Shown here: positions 1 through 13,020 of the stretch, one piece after another
How the letters are laid out: the number at the start of each line of letters is the position of its first letter
How positions within the stretch are numbered: the stretch's first letter is position 1
Source of the DNA: Eledone cirrhosa
Lineage: Eukaryota
Assembly (NCBI GenBank): GCA_964016885.1
Contig: OZ024743.1
Span: forward strand, 234,794,001-234,858,000
Length of the DNA stretch: 64,000 bases
Direction of reading: 5' to 3'
Made by a program: the position numbers and the translations under genes
The notes under the pieces: model-generated
Database searches by the model: none
What the model saw: the letters and a program-made list of their open reading frames with translations, nothing else
Told to the model about the DNA's origin: nothing

Positions 1-1052
1 GATTTTATATGTGGCTGATGCTCAGGTGCAATAAGTAGCAAATGCCCACAGGATACTAGCTCCTTCTACTGCCCAGATGGTTCTATAGAAATAGTGGACA
101 CTTTCCATTACCTGGGTGACAAAATCAGCAGTGGTGGAAGGTGTTCTGAAAGTACAGTAGCCAGAGTCAGAACGGGATGGAAAAAGTTCAGAGAGCTAAT
201 ACCACTGTTGGCCACAAAATGTTTCTCTCTAAAAATGAAAAGCAGATTGTATGATGCAGTGAGTCATGAGAATTGTGTGCAGAGGACCTGCGCAAATTGG
301 AAAGGAACGAAGCATGCATGCTCCGTTGGATGTATAATAGTAATATACACAAACAGCAAAACATAAATGAACTAAGTGATAAATTAGGAATAAGAGAGAT
401 CAGATGCTGTTTACTTGAGAGAAGATTATGTTGGTATGGTCATGTGATGTGCATGAAAGACGACAGCTGTATAAAAAAGTGCAGGGCGATCAAAATTATT
501 GGAAGTTACAGAATAGAGAGTAAGTAGACCCAGAAAAACCTGGGATGACATGATAAAATCCGACCTTGCACACTTACATCTCTCTAAGATAATGTCACTG
601 GATCGAGATCTTTGACGCTATGCAGTAATACAGAAGACTCGCCTTCCCTACGTACAAAGTTAACCTACAGTCAGTAGGCACCTCATAATCAAATATACAG
701 CCCAACCCACTACCCCTACTTCATCCTTCCAATCCCACCAACACCACCCTTTCTCTGTAAAGTTATGTTGGTATCACAACATCTAAACCAATCTAAAGAG
801 GTTGTGTAGGTGTCACAACAAAAAAACACCCAGTCCACGCTATAAAGTGGTCGTGTAGGAGACACAGTAAAAAGGCTCCCAGTCCACACTGTAAATGTGG
901 TTGGTGTTAGGAAGGGCATCCAGCCATAGCAAACCTGCCAGATACAGTCCTATATGAGTGATACATGGTCACCCAATCAATCTTGCCTCAAGTGGGACAA
1001 TTCCCGTCTAACCCATGCTAGCGTCGAAGATAGACGTTAAACGATGATGATA
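1..1052 (+). mobile_element. 3' part of RTE-clade LINE (RT C-terminus, 3' UTR, (TGA)n tail), degenerate
   Basis: Frameshifted peptides FHYLGDKISSGGRCSESTVARVRTGWKKFREL and [12 protein letters not shown]...RRLCWYGHV; 3' module GGTGTTAGGAAGGGCATCCAG then GACGTTAAACGATGATGAT; same organisation inverted at 22421-23213. Boundaries approximate. Confidence 0.85.
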
Positions 1053-1189
1053 ATGAAATAAATATCGAGCAAAGGAACAAAAATGGAGAGTTTCTTATGA
1101 GTTCAAATAATAGAACATATTCATGCAGTGTATATCATACTATTAGTAAAATTTAGCATGTTCTATGACTTTATTTCAAACAATCCTTC

Positions 1190-2440
1190 AATGACGCACA
1201 CATTCCACATGGTGGGCACATCACTCGTGGGATCTTGCTGGAGCTGCTGGACACATTCGGAGAGATGGGGCTTTTCTCATCTGTCAATCATTTGTATCCT
1301 AATAAGTATAACAAAAAATAAATCAAACACAAATCAAAAACAAAATATATCCAGAATCAAGATAAGCAGTTGGAATTAGATGAGAGAAAGAAACTTGAAT
1401 ATAAGGTTAGGGAATTGAGAAGGAAGGTTAGTAAGCATAAACAAAAGATTGATGCAGTGTGAAAAAGTAATCAGGAGTTAAGGCAAAAGTTAAATGAAGT
1501 GGAAAACAGATCTTTATAGTTAGAGGCAGAGAAACACGACATAGAATTGGAAAGCTAGAATTAAGGGAGGAAACAACAGGGCATTGAACAACTAGGAGAA
1601 GTCTGTTGAAAAATGTGTAATCGAACTATTTGGGGAAAATGATATTCCAACTGCAAAGGTTTGTAATGTGACACTCTTGTTAGCAAATGGATTTTTAATA
1701 AGAACACTGTAGAAAATATACCCTCTGCCTTGACTGCAAATATAATGATGGACAGGGCATATGTTCTCAGCAAACTTCATGTCAGTGAAGGAATTTCAGA
1801 ATTGGCAGGATGGACATTACATAGGAATGGAACATCAAGGAATGACAAAAAGATAGTGGGGCAACAAGTAGCACTTGATAGTGGGGAAACTATGTTTGGA
1901 GGAATTTCTAGTGTGGCAGTTGAAAATAGCACCACACTCCTTGATAATGGGATAGCTATGCTAAGCAATTCAGTTGGTTGGGGAAGAGAACATGGTTGAT
2001 ATACAAAATGTAGTGTTAGGGAAAATGTTTACAGTTATGTCAGATCGTTTTAGCGTCAACAAATATTTCAACACAAAACTCAATAAGGATTCTGTAGACC
2101 TGCAATTTTTATACTGCAATACACACTTTTTACTAGGTCTTTCAAATGTTTGTGAGAGTGCACTGAAAGAAATTGAGCTTTTTCAAAATTAGCCTGGTTC
2201 AATTCAAGTGGTAAGTCAGCAGGGACTAGATATGTTCAGACAGGGTGTGATGTGTTGGGGCCAAGGATGCGGGAATAACAAAAAAATGGTTGCAAACAGC
2301 AATGGGATGCTTTCTGTCTGGAACAGCTGAAAATAAAATCAAATGTCACAAGTTTTTGAATAAATAGGTTTAACAGCTTTTTCCAAAGAGCAGCAGGCCT
2401 TTTTTCTCTCCATGATCCCATCAAGCAGTTCTGCCAGTGG
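1190..2440 (+). pseudogene. Decayed DNA-transposon (DDE-type) transposase relic
   Basis: Broken frames with TLHRNGT (expected D position), VMSDR, FLYCNTHFLLGL (CxxH) and NRFN-like motifs; several stops and frameshifts; superfamily not assignable by eye. Confidence 0.5.
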
Positions 2441-2638
2441 AAGGCAGTTTCAGGAAATCAATATTTACCTTTCAGAAGTTTATTATGTAAAACAGTAATT
2501 TTTTAGTTAATAAACGAGTAGCTATGAAAATGTTAAAACTCACTTTTCGACAATACAATGATATATAAATGAAAGGAAATACTTGTTAAATTAATCTTTA
2601 TGCTGTGTCATGAAAATGCTCATACTTTATACTTGCAG

Positions 2639-2853
2639 GCAGGACCTTCAAACCAAGTTTTGTCCAAGTGTTGGCTCCACCAGTTCAAATAAGCAAACCA
2701 AAACCAAAGCCTGTGGAAAAATCTTGGCCGCGGGAGAAACGAATATTTGTTGTTGCTGATCATCAGCGTTGTGTTATGTCCAATCTAGCATCTCTTTGGA
2801 AAAGTGGAAAAGTGTGTGATGCCGGTATTGGTAATGGCTCATCTACTGTGATG
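2639..2853 (+). CDS. BTB/POZ N-terminal-half exon, copy A (paralogue of 43111-43405)
   Basis: Acceptor tttatacttgcag (2638; alternative AG at 2642 gives phase 2 like the paralogue); open frame ...KRIFVVADHQRCVMSNLASLWKSGKVCDAGIGNGSSTVM; donor ATG|GTAAGT at exactly the same codon as the paralogue. Confidence 0.8.
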
Positions 2854-3211
2854 GTAAGTATATTGCTCTAAACATTTGAGATTCTCTTAAACAACATTAT
2901 CTCTTAACATCTTGTACTGCATCAAACTGTGTTAGCAAGACTTTCTTAAAAGGTACAAAACAGCACTATTTACTCTAATATTTAGAAATTTAGATTAACA
3001 AACCATTTTTTCTGCTAAATTGTTACAGGATTTTAAGGATTAGAGAAATTCAGAGTATTTTCCTCCAAACTAATCATTTAGAATGTTTTCTTCTTTAGAC
3101 ACTAAGCCCTATTACTTGTAAGGGGCCAATATGCTTTATTGAATCAACTTAATTGTATTATTTGCACCTACTTTATAGACCCGACTGGAAATGAAATTTT
3201 TTGGTTACTTA

Positions 3212-4560
3212 TCATCACCATCATCATCGTTTTTACACACTTTTCCACACTTGCATAGGTTGGATTGTTCCTTCTCAGCATGACACCCCTCCATTCACTG
3301 CATTCCTTCATCATCTCCCCATGAGTGTCAATGATTTGAGGTCAGCTCTCCCCACCTCTACCCAGGTCTTTCTTGGTCTACCTCTACAGTGGCTTCTTTC
3401 CACTGGAATTTCCTGGCACTTCTTCACTCAGCAATCATCATCCATGCATATCACATGTCCATACCAATCCAGTCTTCTCTCCTGCACACCACTTTGGATA
3501 CCTCTTAAACCTAGCTTTTCCCTCAGTTCATCCAAGCTCTGACTTTCTCTCACACTTTCATTGCACATCCAATGAAGCATGGTTGCTTCATTTCTCTCCT
3601 GTCTATGCATGTCCTCTGTAGTTATAGCCTATGTTTCCCTACCATGCAACATCGCCTTTCACACACAGACATCATACAGTCGCACTTTTGTAGTCAAAAG
3701 TGGGAGTAGCTCTCTAAAATTTTCCATCCTATCCTTATTCTAGTTATTATTCACTCAGCACACCCTCCTCTGCTGCTAATTAAGTCATCTAGATAACAGA
3801 AGCTATGAACTACTTCTATGGACCCTTCCTGTGACTCAAAAAGATTTATATCACTGATGCTCTTCTCCTTGATTACCATTATGCATCTACATACAAAGTC
3901 TTCCTTTCCTGTTAGTCTACCTGTTATCCCACTACATCTCCTGTGTATCCAAAATTTACACTGTACATAGCATGGAGTTTATACCTACTCCTTTTCTACA
4001 TATTGAGCAGGGCCACTTCTCTGCAAGAATTAGAATCCTATCTTCTTTCCTACTCACTATCACTTTAGTTTTTTGGGGCTGTTTACTCTCAGACTTTTTG
4101 ATTCCAAATTATGTTTCCATAGGTGGAACCTATTTTCTAGTTATTTTATGGTTTCAACTATAAGGACCAAATCATCTGCATAGAGAAGTTCCCATGGACA
4201 GCCTGTTTTAAACTCCACTGTTATGGCCTAGAGAACTATGACGAACAGCAGTGGGCTAAGAACCAAACCTTGAATTTCTCACTTCACTAACAGCTCCTCT
4301 GTACTGCTCTAACAAGCCATTCTTCAACACCTAATTTCCTTAAGGACCACCAGATAATAGATTGAGATACTCTGTCAAAAGCCTTTTCTAGATCAACAAA
4401 AGCTAAATATTTTTGGCTAGGAACTTCTCTTGTAGTTGCCTCACTAGAAAGAGGGCATCTGTAGTATTTTACCCAGCATGGAACCAAACTGCATCTCATC
4501 TAATTTGGCTCTTTCCCTAATTAGCTGCACTATAACTCTTTCTGTTGCTTTCATAACACC
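3212..4560 (-). mobile_element. RTE LINE fragment (RT region to 3' end), degenerate
   Basis: YLAFVDLEKAFDRV...WWSLRKLGVEEWLVRAV and RRLDWYGHV peptides on minus strand; catcatcat tail at left end. Confidence 0.85.
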
Positions 4561-4826
4561 AACCTCATTTACAGTGAGTGCTGGCTGCTTTTTTTTTTTC
4601 CATGGCGCCTACACGACCACTTTGCAGTGGGAGGATGTGGGGGCATATTGTCTATATGCTTCAGCTTCGGCTTGTACCCGTGGGGGGGGGGGGGGGGGGG
4701 GTGTCATCATCTGTATTACTGTGTGACGCCAGAGGTCACGGTCGTGTGTCATCGCCTTTGAGAGGTGTAATTAGGTAAGGTGTGTGTGTATATATATATA
4801 TATATATTTGATGGATTGATATATAT

Positions 4827-5149
4827 CATCATCATCATTTTATGTCCACTTTTCCCTGCTTGCAAGGGTGGGACGGGAACTGATTCTGGCTTGTTTTCTA
4901 CAGCTGGATGCCCTTCCTAACACCAACCTCATTTACAGTGAGTGCTGGGTGCTTTTTTGCCGTGGCACCTACACGACTACTTTGCAGTGGAATGATAGGG
5001 ACCCCAGTCCCTATCATCTCATTTCTACAGCTGAGTAAACTGGAGCAATGTGAAATAAAGTGTCTTGCTCAGGGAAACAAGACATCACCCGGTCTCACAA
5101 CCTCACAACCTTTCGATTGCAAGGCCAATGCTCTAACCATTAAGCCATA
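4827..5149 (-). mobile_element. tRNA-derived SINE with RTE-type 3' tail
   Basis: Close reverse-complement copy of the SINE at 45778-46119 (ORF-track translations nearly identical). Confidence 0.85.
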
Positions 5150-5341
5150 AAGATGGGGCCGCGGCGTGTCTCAACCTCTTGGCTTTAGCCGGCGCCCAGA
5201 GGGAGTATATGTCGAAAGTATGCCTCTCCGGTCGCACCCGTCACCCACGGATATGGGCTAGAATTGTGGGTAGTTTCCGCTGCGGGAGTAAGTTACAAGG
5301 GATTTCTTGCCTTCATGCGCGTTGCTGCCAGATTCAGCCAT

Positions 5342-5344
<3 letters not shown>

Positions 5345-5379
<35 letters not shown>

Positions 5380-5425
5380 TTATATATATATATATATATA
5401 TGGTTATATATATATATATATATGG

Positions 5426-5457
<32 letters not shown>

Positions 5458-5473
5458 CCATATATATATATAA

Positions 5474-5505
<32 letters not shown>

Positions 5506-5521
5506 CCATATATATATATAA

Positions 5522-5554
<33 letters not shown>
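5345..5554. repeat. (TA)n microsatellite with TGGT / ACCA interruptions in inverted arrangement
   Basis: Direct reading. Confidence 0.95.
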
Positions 5555-5557
<3 letters not shown>

Positions 5558-5809
5558 ATGTAAATACTAAAGGGTTAAGTCCATTGTCTATTAGAAAATA
5601 GCAATACTGTTTTATATTACACTGTGTAATAACAACAGATTTTTTTCATTAGTGTTTCTTGGTTTGCAATTACTGCATCACAGATATGTATATGTTAACC
5701 AGCCCATACCAGCAAGTAAAATGATTTATTTGAGAAACACTATTTTTACATGTTTTCTTGTTGATGTTTATATCCTTTGGCAAAACACACTATTTAGTTT
5801 GAACTGAAA

Positions 5810-6290
5810 ATCAGAACCAAAGCAGGCAGCAAGGAATATTATCGTTATTTTGATTCCAATATCATGGACAGGATGAGTGAATGACAGGACGTCCCATTCT
5901 GAAGAAATTATTCTGTTCCCATGTCTGTTATTTTGTCAACATAACACATAGACAGCTACCAGCTACTGTGGTTTGAACAATTTGATTGCAGCTTTGACAA
6001 GAGACAAAAAAATCTCAGAACTATCTGAATTCTATAATTGCTCTGAAAACATTTGGCCGACAACGATTCTGATCATACCCTGTCATATCTTCTTCCAGTG
6101 AGAGATCGTTTTCTCCATTAAAAAGAGTAAATCATTTTACGGGGTGTTCTCAAAGTGAAGGGAGATTGAATAATTTGGTCTTCATTTCCATGAATAACGA
6201 GCTTTTGAAGAAGTTGAAAGTATATTTTATAGCTAGTGATCGATGAATTTGCCAAAAGGAATCGAAGAATTGAACTGATTTACAAATAAA
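5810..6290 (+). pseudogene. hAT transposase C-terminal (dimerisation domain) relic
   Basis: PVISSSSERSFSPLKRV...RLNNLVFISMNNELL-like reading with frameshifts; the ERSFS motif is typical of hAT C-termini. Confidence 0.65.
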
Positions 6291-6339
6291 TTTTTAATAT
6301 CTCATTATTTGTAGGTTTTATCATTTTCTCAAATTTCAC

Positions 6340-6725
6340 TCGTAACCAATAATGGTCATCATTGCACGTCTGTACCAAGGTATTACCAATAGGGGAGGGG
6401 CTATAGATATCTCATCTGGGACGCCACAGTCAGTGACTTTTTTGTTCTCTCCCACATCATGGATACCGCGGTAAATGTGAGGGTCACTGCTTCTGTGGTC
6501 GACCAGGAAAATCTAAAATATCAGGAATTATCAAGTAACTATTTTCTCAAGCCTATAGAGTTCGAGACACTTGGTGCCCCTGACGGCGAAGTTCTTGTCA
6601 TCGTTAGAAGCTCGCCTTACCGAGGTGTCAGGTAATTCCCGTGAGGGTGCTTGGTTGTCTCAGCGTCGTAGCCTCGCCATCACCCACGGTAATGATGCGA
6701 GTGTGTTGGCTTGTCTCAAAAATTT
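6340..6725 (+). mobile_element. CRE-like non-LTR element 3' fragment (restriction-like endonuclease), decayed
   Basis: LIWDATVSD, PIEFETLG, REGAW.SQRRSLAITHGNDASVL readings. Confidence 0.65.
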
Positions 6726-7516
6726 CTGACGATCCTTGTGGTGTGTGATCGATTGACACATTTGGTGTTGAATTGCTGGATTTTTTTTCTCTTGCTTTGA
6801 TTATATATATTTGTGTATTATATTTATAAGGTTCCAAGCAATTAATATATTATTTGTGTTTATACTTTCATTCTATAAGAATTATAAACAATTTGTATCG
6901 TTATTTATACAACTATAAATAAATCTATAGTTATCTCCCTTGTTAGTTTCCTTCATATTTACTAAATATAGGAAGTGAAAAAAATCTTCATTCTTCGCAA
7001 TTTCGAGACCGAAACTCCATTGTAGAAATGTTTTCGAAGAAGTAGGGCTTTGTGCTTTGAGGCAGATTTGGCTGCTTTTTCTTGCATTTTATAAAAAAAG
7101 TATTTGCAGTTTCTTGTGTGTTATGATTTAGTGTCCCCCCTTCCCTGGATTTCTTAAATTAACTTAATCATGCTTATTTTAAATAAGATTTTGAAGAAAT
7201 ACTTTTTCCAGGATGTAGATTACATTGGTGAAATTGTATTTCGTTTTTAATTCAGAAAGAAATGAAGTTATAGACATCTTGCATAATTTAGGGAATCTTC
7301 AATTAGTTGCCAGTTGAAGTATTTAGTTTCTAAATTTTTATTTTCTGAAGAGTTGTATAAATAACATTACTAATAATTAGAGAAAGGAAAAAATAAAGAA
7401 AAAAAAGAAAGAAAAAAAAACACAAACAGGTAATACATACATCTAGGACCACATACAACAAACAAACCCCTACCAGGGCAAAACAACAATAGCGCGAGGA
7501 GCACTGGGAAACCTCT

Positions 7517-8030
7517 TTAATAATTTTTTAGGTAAGCCAGCACGCTCGCAGCGTTACCTTGGATAATGGTGATGTTGATGAGCTGAAACAACCAAGTGCC
7601 CTTACGAGCATCTGTCAAATTATTTACCAGAGTAAAAGCATGGCCTGGACGGTGCAGGTTTCCCTTCCTTGCTCGAGCCAGTGGGGCTTGACCGGCAAAA
7701 GACCAGACGGCATAACAATCTTCCCGTTCCGCGGGGGTAGGCCCCTTATCTGGGTTGCTACATGCTGTGACACCTTCTCTAGTGCCAACGTGGTGCGTTT
7801 GGCTAACAGCCCAAGCTTCACTACCCAACAGGCCGAAGAAGGCAAACTGTCCAAGTATCGGCCGCTCTGATAGGTTTGTGGTAGAGCCTATAACAGTGGA
7901 GATTTCCGGCGTTCTTGACCCTTGGACCACATCCCTCCTCACAGCTACTGGAGCGGAGTTGGCTGCCCGCAGGTGCGAGGTGGAGTGGCTGTTCCAGCGC
8001 GTCTCCCTCGCCGTCCTCCGATGTCAAGAG
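7517..8030. mobile_element. Two divergent CRE-like RLE fragments (7517-~7640 minus; ~7640-8030 plus)
   Basis: Plus: GKRPDGITIFPFRGGRPLIWVATCCDTF...AEEGKLSKY...PITVEISG...WLFQRVSLAVLR; minus: WLFQLINITIIQGNAASVL. Confidence 0.75.
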
Positions 8031-8517
8031 AATATGCATCTTAATAATGCATATTTTAAAAATGAAATCGTGTAGAGTCAAATTACTTAATATCGTACAA
8101 TTCAAGTGATTTCTAGAAAAATATCTTTGTTAATTCGATTGATTTGTTAAAAGATGGGTTATGAGATTTTTTTCTTTTGGGTTATATCAGTCATAATGGT
8201 GTGACATTAAATTCCTCAAAATTATCTGATTATTGTTGGATGTAGCACTTTATTGTTGGAGGGGCACTTTAGCTGATTTTCTCAACTATTACTTATAGTT
8301 ATCAACTATTATTATACTCATTTACTTCGGGACGACTACATTTCTAATTTTTCCGATTTTTTTTCAGTTGATTAGATGTTCATATAAACAGTTTACCAGC
8401 GGTTTCAAGAGGAAAACACCTGTTTTTGTCATAAAACAGCTGATAGTCCAGAGTTAAGTCACATTCCACATATGATGATAGCTCTTTTTTTTCTTTGTAC
8501 CTACAATTGCGTATACA

Positions 8518-8715
8518 TACAAAGGTCGGCTGAAAACTTCATAGTTGACCAAAATACTCTCATGGAATGACCAAATGAGATCATTTTTCAATAGTCCCTG
8601 GAAAGAATCAACGCAGTTATTAATAAGAAGAGTTGAAAATAATGCATGCAAGATTTCACAGCTCTAGTATCACTCCTTCATAGTTAGTCTATGAACATTT
8701 CAGCCCACACTCGTA
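8518..8715. mobile_element. Tc1/mariner-type MITE
   Basis: Imperfect terminal inverted repeats (GGCTGAAAACTTCATAG ... CTATGAACATTTCAGCC) flanked by TA. Confidence 0.55.
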
Positions 8716-8784
8716 CATACCGTATTTTTTTATCTCGTATATTAGACGAGAAATTTTAAACTAAAATTGTCTCAACATTTTGTA

Positions 8785-8945
8785 TAAGGCCAGCAATTTG
8801 AAAGGGAGGTGGGGAAGTCGATTAAATCGACCCCAGTTCGTTATTGGTACTTTATTTTATCGACCCCGTAAGGATGAAAGACAAAGCTAACACCGGCGGA
8901 ATTTGAACTCAGAATATAAAGGGCCGTAACTCTATGCCGCAAAAC
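8785..8945 (-). mobile_element. SINE fragment (second family; related copies ~38060-38150, 51700-51870, 57430-57540, 63080-63210)
   Basis: Shared GGTACTTTATTTTATCGACCCCGTAAGGATGAAAG core and reverse B-box GGAATTTGAACTC. Confidence 0.7.
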
Positions 8946-9493
8946 GTCCGTCTCTAAGGCAAAAAAGGGGGTCATATTATACACGAGCATTCATTTTCAG
9001 ACATCTTTATTAAGCTTAAAATTACTAATTTGAAATGGCAAGATTGCACATACATGTTGATAACAGTTGCTTATAAATGGTATTTTATATATCGGCAATA
9101 TTTTAGTATTTGAGGATCAGCGTAACCGAACGCCGTTTATATCAAAGATAGGAAATTGATTAATTAATAACAAGACTACGTAAGGTCTGACATGTTTTCA
9201 TAACACTTATATTACAACTGGGACCTAACTATTGATAAATATATACTCTTTGCCGCTTGAATAACAAGGTCATAATTTCCATGCTGTGAAGTTGTTTGCT
9301 AAACAGTTATTCCTCCTTTTGTTGACATAAGTACTCGGTTTGAAAACTAAATACGTAAATAACACCAATGTAATTATTCTGCTATATAAAGTATTCGCTG
9401 ATACTGGTAAATTTAAACTGCCAAATACTACGGTAGTTTATGAGGAGATAAAATATTAGTGGATTAAACATACTTAAGATTATATTAAAAAAA

Positions 9494-9949
9494 ATGCAAA
9501 TGGATTCTAATAGGAAAATGAAACGGACTGCATATAATGCATCATTTAAACTGAAAGCAATTGAATATGCAGAAAAAAGTAACAACTGTGCAGCAGCAAG
9601 ATACTTTGGTATTTCTAAATGCAACATCAGGCATTGGAGAAAAATTAAAGACAAACTGAAACTAATGCCTAATTGTAAACAAGCTAATCGTGGTAAACAG
9701 GCAAAATATCCACAACTTGAGAAAGATCTGGTCAACTGGATAGAAAACAAGAGGAATGAGGGTTACATTATAACACAAAGCCATGTCAAACTCCAAGCAA
9801 TTAAAATGTCAAAGGTACCCAGGTATGAAATTAATGCTACCTTCAAATTCTCAAATGGATGGTGCACTAACTTTATGAAGAGGCACTCTCTATCAGTACG
9901 CCAGAGAAACAGGCTATCTCAAAAACCTTCATCTGATTTCGACCAGAAG
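9494..9949 (+). CDS. Variable exon V1: pogo-type transposase DNA-binding region (Brinker-like HTH + CENP-B HTH), 152 codons
   Basis: AYNASFKLKAIEYAEKSNNCAAARYFGI...IRHW and YPQLEKDLVNWI...FKFSNGWCTNFMKRHSLSVR; no stops; ends at AAG|GTAATG (phase 0); no DDE domain follows. Confidence 0.75.
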
Positions 9950-10043
9950 GTAATGGATTTTCAACTTCTCATATTATAAACTATTTTTTCTCTCTCCCCC
10001 TTATTTATTTACACACACACATATATATGTATATATATATATG

Positions 10044-10109
<66 letters not shown>

Positions 10110-10114
10110 ATCTC

Positions 10115-10563
10115 TTTCTCTTAATTTCGAGTATATTTTTTTGACCGGCCACCTTCCTGGTGGCAAGGTTGTAAAAGAAAAGAAATTGTCATCCCTTGAA
10201 TCGCAAGAATGTTTTGCAAATTTTGAAGGTGCCAGCTATCGCAGCCATTTGTAGACTATGAATTAGGGAGCTGCGCTTTTTGTCCGCAAATCCAAGTTCA
10301 GTCATACTTTGGTCCAAGCGGGTTGGTATATAACCCGTAGCTCCAATAATGATGCGTATGAAGCTAAAGGTGTATCTTGGATACTGGATTTGTAAACTCC
10401 CCATTAATGGTCCGTAGATGTCCTCCCTCTCCTGTAATTTTCTGACAACGTTTATATCAAGTGGGCAGCTGATCTCCACAACAGAACACGTTTTCAATGT
10501 GTGGTCCCAAACAACAATATCAGGCCGGTTGTGCTTTAATTTAGTGGCAGTTTTTATTTTCAT
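10115..10563 (-). mobile_element. 5'-truncated R4/Dong-like non-LTR element (RLE endonuclease end) inserted in (TA)n
   Basis: HNRPDIVVWD...VVEISCPLD...IIIGATG ORF open to its stop; (TA)n on both sides. Confidence 0.75.
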
Positions 10564-10603
10564 GTTATGTATGTATGTATGTATATATATATATATATGT
10601 ATG

Positions 10604-10678
<75 letters not shown>

Positions 10679-10762
10679 AAAGTTATATTTAAATTGTTGT
10701 GTTACAACTAGTAAATATTTATAACTGATATAAAAGCACTCGACAAATATTTGGAGTATATT

Positions 10763-10958
10763 TACAATATTAAATAAATGGAAACTATATTTATAAAACC
10801 ATATTTATTTCATTATATATATTTCAGGGATAACATATTAACAATATGCTATGCCTTCCTCAGTATTTTGTCTGAGGAAGGCATAGCATATTGTTAATAT
10901 GTTATCCCTGAAATAAATATGGTTTTATAAATATAGTTTCCATTTATTTAATATTGTA
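10763..10958. repeat. Inverted repeat (~90-100 bp arms, 8-nt spacer), probable Penelope-like pseudo-LTR with hammerhead core
   Basis: TTTCAGGGATAACATATTAACAATATGCTATGCCTTCCTCAG / exact complement starting 10872; CTGAGGA-stem-GAAA core. Confidence 0.7.
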
Positions 10959-11116
10959 TATATATATATATATGTATATATATGTATATGTATATATATA
11001 TGTATATATATATATATATGTATGTATATGTATATATATATGTATATATGTATATGTATATATATATGTATATATATGTATATGTATATATATATGTATA
11101 TGTATATATATATATG

Positions 11117-11147
<31 letters not shown>

Positions 11148-11148
11148 G

Positions 11149-11284
<136 letters not shown>

Positions 11285-11310
11285 TATATGTATGTATATA
11301 TATATGTATG

Positions 11311-11425
<115 letters not shown>

Positions 11426-11524
11426 GTATCTATATAAAAAGGATCGATCAACTTTCGTCAAATCGGACCGTGGGAACAATGTTTCCGTTGGTCTTTCCAA
11501 TTGCTAATACTATCTATCGGTCGC

Positions 11525-11635
11525 AACTCCAGGTAGAAGGGCTCAAGGACATAACGCATCGCCTGGTCCAGGAATCGAACTCACAACCTTACGATTGCGA
11601 ATCCAATTCTCTAACCACTCAGCCACACGCCTTCA
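11525..11635 (-). mobile_element. tRNA-derived SINE head
   Basis: Reverse complement contains A box TGGCTGAGTGG and B box GAGTTCGATTCC. Confidence 0.65.
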
Positions 11636-12137
11636 CATGTATATATATATGTATATATATGTATATATATATGTATATATATATTGTATAATATATATGT
11701 ATGTATATATATATATATATATATATAGATATATATATTATATATATATGTATGTATATATAGTATGTATATATATTATATTATATATATATATATATGT
11801 CTATATATGTATATGTATATATATATGTATATATTATATATATATATATGTAGTATATATGTATATGTATATATATGTATATGTATATATATATATATGT
11901 ATATGTATATATATATATATGTATATATATATGTATATGTATATATATATATATGTATATGTATATATATATATATGTATATATGTATATATATATATAT
12001 GTATATATATATGTATATGTATATATACTATGTATATATATATGTATATATATATATGTATATATATATGTATATATATATGTATATATATGTATATATA
12101 TATGTATATATATATGTATATATATATGTATATATAT

Positions 12138-12171
<34 letters not shown>

Positions 12172-12242
12172 ATATGTATATGTATATATATATGTATATA
12201 TATATATATGTATATATATATGTATATATATATATATATATG

Positions 12243-12280
<38 letters not shown>

Positions 12281-12284
12281 TATG

Positions 12285-12349
<65 letters not shown>

Positions 12350-12364
12350 GTATATATATATATG

Positions 12365-12395
<31 letters not shown>

Positions 12396-12406
12396 GTATA
12401 TATATG

Positions 12407-12445
<39 letters not shown>

Positions 12446-12498
12446 GTATATATATATGTATATATATATATATGTATATATATATGTATATATATATG

Positions 12499-12558
<60 letters not shown>

Positions 12559-12588
12559 TGTATGTATATATATATGTATATATATATG

Positions 12589-12628
<40 letters not shown>

Positions 12629-12661
12629 TGTATGTATATATATATGTATATATATAATGTA

Positions 12662-12692
<31 letters not shown>

Positions 12693-12968
12693 ATATATAT
12701 GTATATATATATATATATATATGTATAATATATATATATATATGTATGTATATATATATATATTATATACATACATATATATATATGTATGTATATATAT
12801 ATATATACATATATATGTATATATATATATATATATGTATGTATATATATATATATATATACATACATATATATATATGTATGTATATATATATATATAC
12901 ATATATATGTATGTATATATATATATATACATATATATGTATGTATATATATATATATATATATATAC

Positions 12969-13010
<42 letters not shown>

Positions 13011-13020
13011 GTATGTATAT

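Noticed and set aside
5155-5345. GC-rich segment possibly a ribozyme or retroelement 5' UTR
   Set aside because: Could not establish a consistent HDV-like or hammerhead fold by eye.
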